A DNA stretch of 64,000 bases. It comes from a virus. Location of the stretch: the UHGV virus genome UHGV-0179428. One strand, given 5' to 3'. The stretch's first letter is position 1. Each line of letters begins with the position of its first letter. The translations under genes were made by a program, and so were the position numbers. Below, in pieces: positions 28,341-38,224 of this stretch. Below the pieces are notes generated by a model. The model saw nothing but the letters and a program-made list of their open reading frames with translations. It made no database searches and was not told where the DNA came from.

Positions 28341-29462
28341 TTAACGAAATTTTTGACAAGCAGGGCAATCGCAGCCTATACCAGAAGATATTTCTCTAAA
28401 GATCGCGTCGAACGAGTGCTCATTATTCTTAAGAAAACGAGCTCCCGCCAAGTCACGCAGATGAGTTTTTAACTTTCCGATAATACCGGGTTCATAGTTG
28501 AGTAGAATGGTAAGTGTATTGTCTGTGTAAGTCCACTGACGGACTTTCTCAGGAAACCAACGAGCGATATCGCGCATAAACGTATCGGCATCTTCTTTCC
28601 CAATAGTAGTGATTGTTAGAAGACGTAGACGTTTGTCAACAATCTCATTAATGAGGTTGCTAATTTCTTCGTCAAGAGCAGCGTCCCACCATTTCCATTT
28701 AATGGTGAGTTTTTCGCCCTCGAGTTTAGTCTCTACTTTGGTAGGATAGAAAGCTGTCAAGGTATCATTAATCGCTTCGGCCTCTGGGCCAGTGTAAGTA
28801 AAGGAATACGGTTCTTCGAACCATTTAATAACGTCAGGATCATTATCAACAAGCACGGTTAGCGTGCCGTCGACATAATTAGACCCACGAATTTTCTTTT
28901 TGTATTCGTGAACAGCACTACGCATGACTGCATCTGCGTCTTCTTTTCCGATATCACGAACCGAAATAAGTCGAACGGCGTCTTTGACGATCAGAGCAAC
29001 GATGATGCGAATAGCTTTCATGATCTTAGGATCGAATTCCTTCATCCTGAAAGCCAACATGTCGTATTTTTGACTAATGTATAAGGCGTCGGGATAGAGG
29101 ATATTTAATGCTTCTTTAATTTTCTCGATCGTTTCGACATCATATTGATTTACGTATGACGTGTCATCATTGCCTACAGACCACTGCTGGTCTTTGACTT
29201 TCGGTTGCTCAGCCTCGGTCGCTTTTACCTTGGCGTTCTCGGCTACCGGGTTGAGTAACTCACCGATTTCCACCGCAATAGTGTCACAAAGATAATCGTT
29301 GCAGTGAGTCCAGTAGAATACGATGCTTTCATCGTTGACCTGCTCTACACGGAAATACACACCTTTATCCAGGAATATGCGATAAAGTTGATCGAGTAAC
29401 TGTGCTTCGGGAACCGGACGGATTTCAGTTTTAACGAGCGGGGTAATTTCGATATTAAACAT
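28341..29462 (-). CDS. hypothetical protein (373 aa) with internal duplication
   Basis: Two copies of an IGKEDAD.(V/F)MR...YTD.TLT(V/I)L segment. Confidence 0.7.
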   Translation of the reverse strand: MFNIEITPLVKTEIRPVPEAQLLDQLYRIFLDKGVYFRVEQVNDESIVFYWTHCNDYLCDTIAVEIGELLNPVAENAKVKATEAEQPKVKDQQWSVGNDDTSYVNQYDVETIEKIKEALNILYPDALYISQKYDMLAFRMKEFDPKIMKAIRIIVALIVKDAVRLISVRDIGKEDADAVMRSAVHEYKKKIRGSNYVDGTLTVLVDNDPDVIKWFEEPYSFTYTGPEAEAINDTLTAFYPTKVETKLEGEKLTIKWKWWDAALDEEISNLINEIVDKRLRLLTITTIGKEDADTFMRDIARWFPEKVRQWTYTDNTLTILLNYEPGIIGKLKTHLRDLAGARFLKNNEHSFDAIFREISSGIGCDCPACQKFR

Positions 29463-29482
29463 GTATTTTTCCTTTTGGTAAA

Positions 29483-29911
29483 TTAGCTGTAATTGTGCTT
29501 AAAGAACTCTAAAGCACGCTGGTCGTTTGTAATCGCCGTTGTGGACATTCGTTTCAACGCTTGGCGGCAGTAAGGGTCGTTCAGAATACGTTGCTGCCAA
29601 GCATTGACTATTTCCGTCACTGTTTCCCCTTCTACAGCAGTGTTAAGTTTATCGAGGCAGTGTCGCCCTAACAGAAACGCAACCGCATAATCTGTAAACA
29701 TCTCGGTGCCGAAATCCCCGTCGGGATAATCGCAACGTTTACGTACTGACGTTGCGGTAATGGAGTTATATGCGGTTTTTATTATCTCGTGAAATTGTTC
29801 CACAGTTAAGACGTTAACGTCAGTACCTGAAAGCGTAAGTGAAGCCAGTACAGGAATACTGGCTGGATACTTACGGATATAATCACGCAAATCTGAATTG
29901 AGTGTTTTCAT
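29483..29911 (-). CDS. hypothetical protein (142 aa), paralog of 27840-28271
   Basis: See paralog. Confidence 0.7.
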   Translation of the reverse strand: MKTLNSDLRDYIRKYPASIPVLASLTLSGTDVNVLTVEQFHEIIKTAYNSITATSVRKRCDYPDGDFGTEMFTDYAVAFLLGRHCLDKLNTAVEGETVTEIVNAWQQRILNDPYCRQALKRMSTTAITNDQRALEFFKHNYS

Positions 29912-30659
29912 TCATGAACCCCTTTGTTTTTATCCAATATAAGCAATTTGTACCAACCTGAACTGGTTCGATCCTATCGAGTTCTTCCATCAAAGCCAGA
30001 TAAGTCTGCCAAACGATTTGACGTTCGAGGAAAAATGATGTTGTGCCATTAGACCTAACACAAGCACGTACCAGGTGCTCGGTTTGTGAAAACTGAATAT
30101 TAACGTTGTTCAGGACACGTTGAATAGTATCAGAATCGTAATGCGCGAAACGATCTTTGTATACCAGAACCATCTCTATAGGCGTGGAGCCATCATTGAC
30201 TGAAAAAGGTTCGTCAATACGAATAAGGTTATTCCGGTGAGGTACCCCATCATAACCGAGCGTATAGACATCCATACCTTCCCCTGGGTTACAGTCGAAA
30301 TACTCCAGAAGTTTATCAGCGTTTTTCTCCGCTGAACGTTTAAAGTAAACAATATAAACGCCATGACTAACCTTCTCAACTTCGTATACTTTTTCGGAGA
30401 GTGCCCTGAAGATTGCCATGATGTTTAATCTTCCTTTGTCTTTAGCAACATAACTCGCAACCAAACACGTCGCGTTGCCATGAAGAACATCGTCAATGAA
30501 CTCTTTTGCACGTTTTAATTCTTCCTCGTTAAAACCACCGATAGTGAGCTCATTTCCACAAAACTGATAAGCGAGGTGCGAAGTAACGTTTTTCAGGAAA
30601 CTCGTAATGATGTGCGAGTATGCCCAAAGACTGCTATTTTTAAACTCAACAGTTTTCAT
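29883..30659 (-). CDS. hypothetical protein (258 aa)
   Basis: Long ORF in the co-directional block. Confidence 0.65.
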   Translation of the reverse strand: MKTVEFKNSSLWAYSHIITSFLKNVTSHLAYQFCGNELTIGGFNEEELKRAKEFIDDVLHGNATCLVASYVAKDKGRLNIMAIFRALSEKVYEVEKVSHGVYIVYFKRSAEKNADKLLEYFDCNPGEGMDVYTLGYDGVPHRNNLIRIDEPFSVNDGSTPIEMVLVYKDRFAHYDSDTIQRVLNNVNIQFSQTEHLVRACVRSNGTTSFFLERQIVWQTYLALMEELDRIEPVQVGTNCLYWIKTKGFMNENTQFRFA

Positions 30660-30714
30660 TTTTATCTTCCTTTTTAGTTTTTACATGTCGAAGTGATAAT
30701 GAGTTGATTTATGC

Positions 30715-31209
30715 TTAGAGATGTTTTCCGATAACTTCCGAAACTAATTCGTAAAGGTCATCGTCACTGCACAAGTCTACACTAATCCCAATGTCGATGC
30801 TACGGCTGCGGAATCCCACTTTCACCACTTTACCGAGTTCGGTTTGTAGGGCTTTATAGAGTCTATTCTTATCTTCTTCAGTGAGAGGAACGGGTAGCCT
30901 AACGGTGAACTTGTAATGTTCTTTCGAAACAAGCTCGTTGGAATAATTAAGTCGTTTGGCTACTTGCGTTCCGACAATCTGTGTTACCAGCTTAAACATT
31001 TCTTCGTCACTATACGGTGTTGCGCCATAACCGATATCAATAGAATTTCTACGGAAACCTGCGCAGAACAAAGCACCGAACTGCTCACGGAATTCTTTGT
31101 GTAGAATATCTTTTTCTACATCCAACAACCCGTAACCCAAGTCAACAGTGAATTTGTATTTTTCTTTGTCAACTAATTCGTTAGTGTAATCAAGTCTAGT
31201 GAAGTTCAT
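30715..31209 (-). CDS. hypothetical protein (164 aa) with tandem internal duplication
   Basis: Two about 75-aa repeats (YTNELVDKEKYKFTV...SIDIGYG / YSNELVSKEHYKFTV...SIDIGIS); promoter-like box and hairpin upstream. Confidence 0.7.
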   Translation of the reverse strand: MNFTRLDYTNELVDKEKYKFTVDLGYGLLDVEKDILHKEFREQFGALFCAGFRRNSIDIGYGATPYSDEEMFKLVTQIVGTQVAKRLNYSNELVSKEHYKFTVRLPVPLTEEDKNRLYKALQTELGKVVKVGFRSRSIDIGISVDLCSDDDLYELVSEVIGKHL

Positions 31210-31234
31210 GGTATATTCTCCTAAAATGGTTTTC

Positions 31235-31290
31235 GTTAAGTGAGAGCTTTTGTACTCTCACTTAAGTAATATATATCTGAAATTATTTTT
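31235..31290 (-). promoter_or_regulatory. promoter-like ATATATATTAC box plus conserved 5' hairpin (module c)
   Basis: Minus strand reads TTCAGATATATATTACTTAAGTGAGAG-TACAAAAG-CTCTCACTTAAC, then RBS and ATG at 31209. Confidence 0.4.
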
Positions 31291-31291
31291 A

Positions 31292-31573
31292 TTAAAAACC
31301 CGCAATAAAACTGCCTAGCGAGACACGCTGTAGGTATTTTGGCTTGCGAGCCAGGTAACAGTTCTTAGGATCACCTATTGCCATCTGCGCAACTGCACGT
31401 TCTAAACGCGGTGCTTCTAAGATGGCGCGATAGTTCCCTTCGTAATGCATTAACCACGCACATTCTTCAACGAAACGTTTTGCTTCTCGGTATTCTAATG
31501 TACGGATTAACTTCTTACCCCGGTACTGTTTTACATCACCGTTTTGACAAAATACAATAGTTTCACGCTTCAT
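31292..31573 (-). CDS. hypothetical protein (93 aa)
   Basis: ORF in operon context. Confidence 0.55.
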   Translation of the reverse strand: MKRETIVFCQNGDVKQYRGKKLIRTLEYREAKRFVEECAWLMHYEGNYRAILEAPRLERAVAQMAIGDPKNCYLARKPKYLQRVSLGSFIAGF

Positions 31574-31910
31574 TGATAATCTCCCAATTCGCTCTTATAA
31601 TCTCACGTTTACAGTCTTCAATATCTTTACGGTAAAACGACGTTTTTTCTTTTAATAGTTTTAATATCTCCTCTTTAGGCAATTTCCCCTCACAACCCAA
31701 TTCAGCAATAGCACAAACGAGAACAGTCAAATATTCTACTGAACCAGTTTTCGCACGGTATTCAGAGATAAGTTCTTGTTGTGTTTCAACTGTTTCTTCT
31801 AATAGCTTGATAAATTCTTCGTGCTTTGTGCACTCTTTGCATTTTCCGAAACCTAGCAATTTAAAAACCACTGTTACCTCCTCTGGCAATCCAGGTCGCC
31901 ACACGCACAT
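31563..31910 (-). CDS. hypothetical protein (115 aa)
   Basis: ORF in operon context. Confidence 0.55.
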   Translation of the reverse strand: MCVWRPGLPEEVTVVFKLLGFGKCKECTKHEEFIKLLEETVETQQELISEYRAKTGSVEYLTVLVCAIAELGCEGKLPKEEILKLLKEKTSFYRKDIEDCKREIIRANWEIINEA

Positions 31911-32172
31911 GGGCGTCCTGAAAGGATGAGATCAGTAAGATCACACCACCTAACGTACGAGGTACGCGTAAGGCTTCGAAACGTCGGCAGTAAGAGCGTA
32001 CGCAATACTCGGAACCTAAGATAGCGATTTCGCAGTATTCTGAACGAATAGGCAGTAGTTGAGAAACGAGTTTATCGCACGTTTCTTTGTTGTCTTCTAG
32101 TAACCCGCCACTGAGAATATAATTGACAATGTTCTCAGGTGCCGATGTGTTCGCGATTTTATTTTCCATCAT
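31861..32172 (-). CDS. hypothetical protein (about 103 aa)
   Basis: Start moved to ATG at 32172 (MMENK) after AGGAG; TAATG overlap with the upstream stop. Confidence 0.5.
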   Translation of the reverse strand: MMENKIANTSAPENIVNYILSGGLLEDNKETCDKLVSQLLPIRSEYCEIAILGSEYCVRSYCRRFEALRVPRTLGGVILLISSFQDAHVRVATWIARGGNSGF

Positions 32173-32570
32173 TAAACTCCTATTGTGATCTCCGTAATGT
32201 GCATTCTTCGCATCTCGCGGATCATTCTGTCCATTGCTCGTTGACACTCGAATAAATTGTCGTAGTATTTCTGGGCGGTAACATTGAATAAAACTCGACC
32301 ATCTTTCAATTGTTTAGCAGCGACTCTTATAGTTTCCGATTCAAACAACCGACCGCCACCCCTACCAACCTTAACCATAACGTCACGAATAGTAACGTTT
32401 ATAAGTTCACCGTTAGGGGAAGTCACAACCTCCGTATACCAGTCGCCTTCTTTAACGACATATTGTACCCTTTTACCGCACAGCCAGTTTTTAACTTTCT
32501 CGTTAACAAACAGTTGGGCTTTTAATGACAAACGCCTTTTTAAGTAAACTAAACGTATCATGTAAATCAC
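32172..32570 (-). CDS. hypothetical protein (132 aa)
   Basis: ORF in operon context. Confidence 0.6.
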   Translation of the reverse strand: MIYMIRLVYLKRRLSLKAQLFVNEKVKNWLCGKRVQYVVKEGDWYTEVVTSPNGELINVTIRDVMVKVGRGGGRLFESETIRVAAKQLKDGRVLFNVTAQKYYDNLFECQRAMDRMIREMRRMHITEITIGV

Positions 32571-32604
32571 CTTATCTCCCTCGGTATTCCCGAGGGAGAG
32601 ATAA

Positions 32605-32886
32605 TCACAGTTTCTCTTCTATTGTATCTAATCGAACTAGCGCATCGTGACTGACTTTACGTGCGTGTCCAATCGTACTACCTAAAGCTTTTGTTGTTGG
32701 GTCTAAGGTATTCAGACGGTGATACTGGTAATCGATATCTCGTATACAACGCGCCTGTTGTTTTACCATCCGAATTAATTGTCGTTTGGTTTGACGATTG
32801 TTACTAAGCTCCTGCCGTAATCGTGTGTTTTCTTTATAAAGCTCCTGTTGACGTGAGTTAATTAAACCCAACAACCAATCTAACAT
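32605..32886 (-). CDS. hypothetical coiled-coil protein (93 aa)
   Basis: ORF, Q/R/L-rich. Confidence 0.55.
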   Translation of the reverse strand: MLDWLLGLINSRQQELYKENTRLRQELSNNRQTKRQLIRMVKQQARCIRDIDYQYHRLNTLDPTTKALGSTIGHARKVSHDALVRLDTIEEKL

Positions 32887-32888
32887 TT

Positions 32889-33404
32889 TTACCCCCGGTG
32901 CAAGAAAATACGGTTAGTGTTTTCGAATTTCGGTTCTGTCCACTCCAGTTCCCAGTAAGCCTGGTTAATATCGCGAGACGTGAGTTTCAAATTCGAAACG
33001 CCGGGGATGTCGATCTGCTGCAGTAAATTAATAATCGTCACCAGCTCTTTACGAGGACGGTTCCAGATAACTTCAAGATATTCCTTTAGGCGTTCTGGGT
33101 AAGCGACAGGACGAATATAAACTAACCCAGAAGGATACTCAATTGCTGAGGGTGTTCTTGGCACTAACCAAACCCAGTCTTTTAATAGCGGTCCTGGGTG
33201 ATAGTTAGAGAGTTGAGTAAGCGCGTTTGCGACCGAACAACAACGGAAGTAGGTGATATCCCAATCGTGTTCATGGCAATTTCGCGCAACGATAACTTTT
33301 AAACGGTCAATAGGTTTACCGTCGATGGTCGTAACGCCAGGTTGATTCGCCAGAATCTGACGTTCACGTTTAGTATAAAGATTCATGTTAATATTTACTG
33401 ACAT
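32889..33404 (-). CDS. hypothetical protein (171 aa)
   Basis: RBS CCTAAAGGAG upstream. Confidence 0.65.
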   Translation of the reverse strand: MSVNINMNLYTKRERQILANQPGVTTIDGKPIDRLKVIVARNCHEHDWDITYFRCCSVANALTQLSNYHPGPLLKDWVWLVPRTPSAIEYPSGLVYIRPVAYPERLKEYLEVIWNRPRKELVTIINLLQQIDIPGVSNLKLTSRDINQAYWELEWTEPKFENTNRIFLHRG

Positions 33405-33447
33405 TTAATGCTCCTTTAGGTAAATGGTGGGGGTAGTTAATGCTTCG

Positions 33448-34275
33448 TTATTTAATATTCTGAATTTCTCTCATCTCGTTACAAAACTTATCAAACAGCT
33501 GGCCGTATACACACTCTCCAAAAAAGTGGTGTGCAAAGCGCTGTCTGATTTCCTTTTCGTATTTCTCGAGAACGTGTTTAAAAGATTCACTGTCTCTCTT
33601 AATTTTCTTCGCATGGGTTTCCAAAGTTTTAAGAAGTCGTGGTTCGTTTTTGATCAGGAGATGCAAGTCACCTTTAAGATATCTGCTTTGATAAATCATT
33701 ATTTTGGCGAGCTTGTGTTCACCTTTCACAACACTGATAAGCTCATCAGCACCGGCTTCTGTAATGTTTTCAACGGTAAATAGCAGAATATTTTCACCCT
33801 CTATATCTTTCAATAATTGATTTATACTAGCGCGATAAGCAGTATATTCATAGCTCACTTTAAGCATGTTGTCTTCAATCACATACGTGAATTTATCGCC
33901 GAAAAAATGGTATAGTATTGGTCCAATTTTATCTGCTTGTTTGGGGGTAAGTGGGAACTCCTTTGTGTAGTAAGCGACGTCTTTCGTAGTTGGCTTGTCC
34001 TTTAACCCACAAGTCGACTGTTCTGGTAATTCTGGATCTTTAGACACCTCAACAGACCGTACTAAAATATCCGTAATCGCACTAATGAGTTTGTTAGGAA
34101 AATCGACATCACCTTCTACCCAGAAAATGTTAAATGATTCCGATTTAACTTTATAGTAAAAGGTGTACGCTTTTTGTAGCTCAGCAATTTCCTTAATTTG
34201 TTCTTCAGTAGGGATAGGGGAGATCTTAAATCGGCTGATGACTTTTTCTTCTTCGGTGAGTTCGAACTGTAACAT
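33448..34275 (-). CDS. hypothetical protein (275 aa)
   Basis: Long ORF. Confidence 0.65.
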   Translation of the reverse strand: MLQFELTEEEKVISRFKISPIPTEEQIKEIAELQKAYTFYYKVKSESFNIFWVEGDVDFPNKLISAITDILVRSVEVSKDPELPEQSTCGLKDKPTTKDVAYYTKEFPLTPKQADKIGPILYHFFGDKFTYVIEDNMLKVSYEYTAYRASINQLLKDIEGENILLFTVENITEAGADELISVVKGEHKLAKIMIYQSRYLKGDLHLLIKNEPRLLKTLETHAKKIKRDSESFKHVLEKYEKEIRQRFAHHFFGECVYGQLFDKFCNEMREIQNIK

Positions 34276-34286
34276 GTTATAGTTCC

Positions 34287-34730
34287 TTAAATCATACCTG
34301 GGAATTCGAAATCGATTTTATCTAAAAGTTTGTAGTCTTCTTTTAGCTGAAGCATTAGCGTATTCTTAAACAGTTCAAGCGAACCGATAAAGTAAGCCGT
34401 ATAGCAGCTACCAAGAACAGAAGAGGAAAGACCCAAGTCTCTTAAACATTGTTTCAAGATTTCATGTTCTTCAGCGGTACCGAAAAGTTGGAAATTGATA
34501 ACGGTAATCTGTTTATTAATGATTGCCGATAACCATTCTTTAATTCTTCTCGTGGTTATACGTTCTTTGAAATCACTAGCTTCTGGCAACCAGGTAATGT
34601 GAACGAACGGTGCATCGTAATCCACGAGAACTTTCTGCTGCCAACGTACTTGCATCAAACCACGAATACGGTTTGCTAACGTTTCAGAATCACAAAGCAA
34701 CATAATGCCATTAGTAGTATTTGGTTTCAT
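34287..34730 (-). CDS. hypothetical protein (147 aa)
   Basis: ORF; 4-nt overlap with upstream gene. Confidence 0.6.
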   Translation of the reverse strand: MKPNTTNGIMLLCDSETLANRIRGLMQVRWQQKVLVDYDAPFVHITWLPEASDFKERITTRRIKEWLSAIINKQITVINFQLFGTAEEHEILKQCLRDLGLSSSVLGSCYTAYFIGSLELFKNTLMLQLKEDYKLLDKIDFEFPGMI

Positions 34731-35578
34731 AATTGCCCTTCCTTCTTAATGTAATCTTCAACCAACTTATCAAACACGATTTTTATCTTCTCGCGTTCTT
34801 TTTCACCCAATTCACCGGAACAGGTTAGTCCATTTATCTTTCCGTACCGTAATTCCAACACATATTTCAACCGATGACGTAAGGCTTGTTCAAAATGTGT
34901 CGGGATATAGATCGGTTCGAAGTTGTGCAATAAAGTAAAATTGTCTTCGGTGTGTTTAGGGGGTTCGAATTTTACTCTATCTAAGATAGTAAGCCAGCGT
35001 TGTCTGTCGACTAGCCGATCGTCCCAATAAACAGGTTTTGTTTTAGAGGGGGTAAGTGTATTGTAGTTACTGGAATCGGAGATACGGAAATTTGCTGTGA
35101 CGTAAGTCTTCGTGAGTAACGAGAGAAGACAAATCGTTCCTTCTTCGGAGTAACTTAAACCCTCGTCGAGTACGTCTTTAGCTTTCTTGAAGTAGTCTTC
35201 AATATAGTCTTCAGCAATTGGTTGAATCTCTACTTCTATAGCGCTAATTTGGGGCCCGTCTATCCGTAAAGGAAATTTTAGTTCAGCAATATATTGCCTA
35301 TCCGATGTATAAGCGCGTGTAATAATAGGGTAAGTAACAGGCTTAGCCAAATGACGATATTCACCAACCCTAATGACTGCGGAACGTCCAAAGTCACCTT
35401 TATTCGATTTTGAAAAACCGTAAAGGTCTTTTAGATACTCCAAATACTGGTCATCAGTCATTTCGTCGGTATTAAATTCACGAATGTAAAGTCGATTAAA
35501 AGATCCCTTTGTTTGTTCGTAGTAATAACCGGGGTCCCTATTTGCTAGAATGTGCGGGAGATAATACGGGTGATACAT
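34727..35578 (-). CDS. hypothetical protein (283 aa)
   Basis: RBS CCTAAAGGAGG; promoter-like box and hairpin upstream. Confidence 0.7.
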   Translation of the reverse strand: MYHPYYLPHILANRDPGYYYEQTKGSFNRLYIREFNTDEMTDDQYLEYLKDLYGFSKSNKGDFGRSAVIRVGEYRHLAKPVTYPIITRAYTSDRQYIAELKFPLRIDGPQISAIEVEIQPIAEDYIEDYFKKAKDVLDEGLSYSEEGTICLLSLLTKTYVTANFRISDSSNYNTLTPSKTKPVYWDDRLVDRQRWLTILDRVKFEPPKHTEDNFTLLHNFEPIYIPTHFEQALRHRLKYVLELRYGKINGLTCSGELGEKEREKIKIVFDKLVEDYIKKEGQL

Positions 35579-35605
35579 CTAATCCTCCTTTAGGCTATAA
35601 CTAAT

Positions 35606-35663
35606 GGAGTGAACGTAAATTTCACTCTCCCCTAGGTAATATATATCTGAGAAAAAATAAAAA
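35606..35663 (-). promoter_or_regulatory. promoter-like ATATATATTAC box plus conserved 5' hairpin (module a)
   Basis: Minus strand: T-run, TCAGATATATATTACCTAGGGGAGAG, hairpin GGAGAGTGAA-ATTTACG-TTCACTCC, RBS, ATG 35578; box nearly identical to the one at 53172-53197. Confidence 0.45.
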
Positions 35664-35697
35664 AGGTAGTAGGGGCTAAGCCCCTACTACCTAAAAA

Positions 35698-36318
35698 TTA
35701 CTTCATTCCGTTCTGAGAAAGTGTTGTCCCTGCAAGATGTTTAATAACGATCTTAACAGGTAAATTACCATTCTCGTACTGTACTTCGGTTTCAGACAAA
35801 TCGTCGATATTGATAACTTTAGAGGGTACCTTCGCTAAAACAACACGAATGGTGTGGGTTATTGTACTGGCTGTAGTTTTTGTATTACTAACGTAGAAAT
35901 ACGCATCAATAATACTACCATCCGCTGCCAGGTAAACCAATTTATTTTCCAACAGGCACTGGCTATAAATTGACACTCCTGATAATTGCGAAACACCCAG
36001 CCTGTTGTTAACGTCAACCGTTGTTTTGCAGATTACCGCACCACCCGTCAACGTTTTTTCTACTACCATATTTCCCGATAAGGTTTTTGCATCTATTTTT
36101 GGTACTACCGGATGAGCACCATTAACAAATAACCCATCGTTATTAGACTTAAGGATGTTATTCGCCGACGGACTCACTGTAACCTCAGTACCCCCTAATT
36201 TCTCAATCGGGAGTTGGTATTCAGTTTGTTCCTTAGACGCTAAGACTACTACACCCGTGACGTCTTCTGAAAGTGTCGGCAGTTCGTGAACGCGTACCTT
36301 TCCTACCAGTTCAGTCAT
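35698..36318 (-). CDS. short fibre-like protein (206 aa) sharing its N-terminal module with the long tail fibre
   Basis: MTELVGKVRVHELPTLSEDVTGVVVLASKEQTEYQLPIEKL aligns with the fibre N-terminus MAKAVKKIRLHDLRPYTGDIGEGVLLFSKDEKDYKLPVREI. Confidence 0.7.
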   Translation of the reverse strand: MTELVGKVRVHELPTLSEDVTGVVVLASKEQTEYQLPIEKLGGTEVTVSPSANNILKSNNDGLFVNGAHPVVPKIDAKTLSGNMVVEKTLTGGAVICKTTVDVNNRLGVSQLSGVSIYSQCLLENKLVYLAADGSIIDAYFYVSNTKTTASTITHTIRVVLAKVPSKVINIDDLSETEVQYENGNLPVKIVIKHLAGTTLSQNGMK

Positions 36319-36833
36319 TGGCGACCTCCGAATGTTAAGGCACGGTTATCTGCAGTGACGATTAAATCGTTGTCTTTTACTACAGCGGCTTCTTCGTCGT
36401 TACCGAAAACCAGAACGGAGAATTGACCTTTATAACCTAACGAGTTGGGTGAAACCTGTAATGTTACAGTGTCTCTCCCTACGGTAAATGGTTCGTCGGT
36501 AAGATCTTCGGCTTGTAAATTGCAACCACAAGCCGCGTTAATTCCGTCGATTAGATCGTGTGCGGTAAAGCCATTACCGAAAACCTTTACCAGAATAGGC
36601 TGCTGGTTTAACCACCGCTCTGCGGTTAAACGGTTGTAATAGATCTGTAACGTTCTGTTGCCAGGACGTTTGATCTTTACAACAGCGGTAGTATCACGAT
36701 CCATTTCATCGCTGATCTTTACTTCGCTGATTTCAACCTCATTCTCTTGCAGATTGAGCTGAAGGTCGTGGTTGATCAGCGAAATAACCATGTTAGGTGA
36801 GGTTAGCGACAAATCTGGCACGAATTGTCCCAT
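36315..36833 (-). CDS. hypothetical protein (about 172 aa), paralog of 42865-43431
   Basis: Probable start ATG 36833 (MGQFVPDLSLTSP); conserved VPDLSL, LINHD and CG.NLQ(A/P)EDL segments shared with the paralog. Confidence 0.65.
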   Translation of the reverse strand: MGQFVPDLSLTSPNMVISLINHDLQLNLQENEVEISEVKISDEMDRDTTAVVKIKRPGNRTLQIYYNRLTAERWLNQQPILVKVFGNGFTAHDLIDGINAACGCNLQAEDLTDEPFTVGRDTVTLQVSPNSLGYKGQFSVLVFGNDEEAAVVKDNDLIVTADNRALTFGGRQ

Positions 36834-36921
36834 AAGCTTACTCTCTACGGTTGGGGGATAAAATGATTCTAGCAATATTTTATCCCCGATTATATTTTCA
36901 AGCGCATTCAGTTGAAAATAA

Positions 36922-37425
36922 TTAGCTAATTCTCAAATCACGCAGCGCGCCTGTTGATTTCATCACGTTTTGGAACGCAGCGCTGATGTTATTAGTCCAG
37001 TAATAATGCTGTCCGTTAATAACCTGCTGATAGGTCAGCGCGCAGGTGTTGCCACCTAAATTTACGGTAATGTTAGAGCCTCTGCCTCCTTGTAAGTAAA
37101 CCGCTAAAGTAGGCTTTGCGTTGGCAACTATCGTTGTTAACTGTAACTCAATACCTACTAAAGTTCCCACCCCGCAGTTACCCGCGTTTTGAATGGTTCC
37201 CTGATTTTTCTGGTTTAACGGCCAGCTTGGTCCTACTGCGCCCCATTTCTTACCTAAAGAATCGCTATATGCAGCGGTTGCAATTTTACAGCCCATAGAT
37301 CGTCCCACCATTTGACTCATCATAAAAGGTCTACCCAATCCTAATTTACTACCAGCGGCGCTCATCCATTGTTCGCCCGTTTCGTTCTTGGCCGAAGAAC
37401 CGACCCATCCAGATGCTACCCCCAT
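36922..37425 (-). CDS. gp38-like adhesin paralog (167 aa) lacking the poly-Gly region
   Basis: N-terminus MGVASGWVGSSAKNETGEQWMS parallels the T-even gp38 attachment domain; C-terminus divergent. Confidence 0.6.
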   Translation of the reverse strand: MGVASGWVGSSAKNETGEQWMSAAGSKLGLGRPFMMSQMVGRSMGCKIATAAYSDSLGKKWGAVGPSWPLNQKNQGTIQNAGNCGVGTLVGIELQLTTIVANAKPTLAVYLQGGRGSNITVNLGGNTCALTYQQVINGQHYYWTNNISAAFQNVMKSTGALRDLRIS

Positions 37426-37441
37426 CTACCCTCTTTTTTAA

Positions 37442-38224
37442 TTAAACACGTGAACCGTATATTGCACCTACTGCGTCCCATCTTGGCGCATTACCAGTAA
37501 CAGCTTTACCAGCTGCTCCGCCGTTATATTCTGTACCGTTACCTTGAGTATTACATCTTCCTCCAGCAGCACCGACATTACCACCCGAACCGCCTGTATA
37601 TGCACTAAGAGACCCCTCACCAACAGATCCTCTACCAGGAGCGGAAATAGTACCAGCAGCTGCACCGGAACTCATATGAGAGGAAGACCCACCAGCACCG
37701 AATGGGCGACCACCGCCACCACCAAATATTAGTCTACCCCTGTTACCGCCACCACCGCCGCCACCGCCTCCGGCAATAGCGCCACGGTTGGTTATACGCA
37801 GTCTGTTTCCTATTCCGTTCTGTATTGCGGTTCCACCTGCACCGCCTGGTGAGTTAGAACCGCCGTTGCCTCCTCTGCCGTATACTGTAACCCCAGGATT
37901 GATGATGAGGGTAATATACGAATTTGGAAGATTGCTAGGGAATTCTAAACAAGGAACCGTGCTACTATGGGACACTAAATCCCCCGTAATAGTCACAACG
38001 ACAGCAGTAGAGCCTAAAGAACGTAAATAGTTAATAAGCGTATCTTTATTGTAATTGTGATTAGCCCCGATCGAATACTGAACCTCTTTTGATTTTCCCG
38101 CCAATTGCGACATCCAGCCTGGAACCGGCACACCAAGTGTGCGCATCGCGCCAGACATCCATTCGTTACCAGCTTCAGCTTTTGCTGAAGAACCAATCCA
38201 ACCACCTACGCCGACAACTGCCAT
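37442..38224 (-). CDS. T-even gp38-like tail-fibre adhesin with glycine-rich motifs (260 aa)
   Basis: N-terminus MAVVGVGGWIGSSAKAEAGNEWMS and multiple poly-Gly blocks (GGGGGGGGG, FGGGGGRPFGAGG, AAGKAVTGNAPRWDAVGAIYGSRV), recalled from memory as gp38-like; immediately downstream of the tail-fibre gene. Confidence 0.7.
   Translation of the reverse strand: MAVVGVGGWIGSSAKAEAGNEWMSGAMRTLGVPVPGWMSQLAGKSKEVQYSIGANHNYNKDTLINYLRSLGSTAVVVTITGDLVSHSSTVPCLEFPSNLPNSYITLIINPGVTVYGRGGNGGSNSPGGAGGTAIQNGIGNRLRITNRGAIAGGGGGGGGGNRGRLIFGGGGGRPFGAGGSSSHMSSGAAAGTISAPGRGSVGEGSLSAYTGGSGGNVGAAGGRCNTQGNGTEYNGGAAGKAVTGNAPRWDAVGAIYGSRV

Noticed and set aside
37600-37800. Poly-glycine/GGT-GGC-rich DNA that could look like a simple-sequence or CRISPR-like repeat
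   Set aside because: It encodes the glycine-rich motifs of a gp38-like adhesin in an intact reading frame; no repeat-spacer periodicity.
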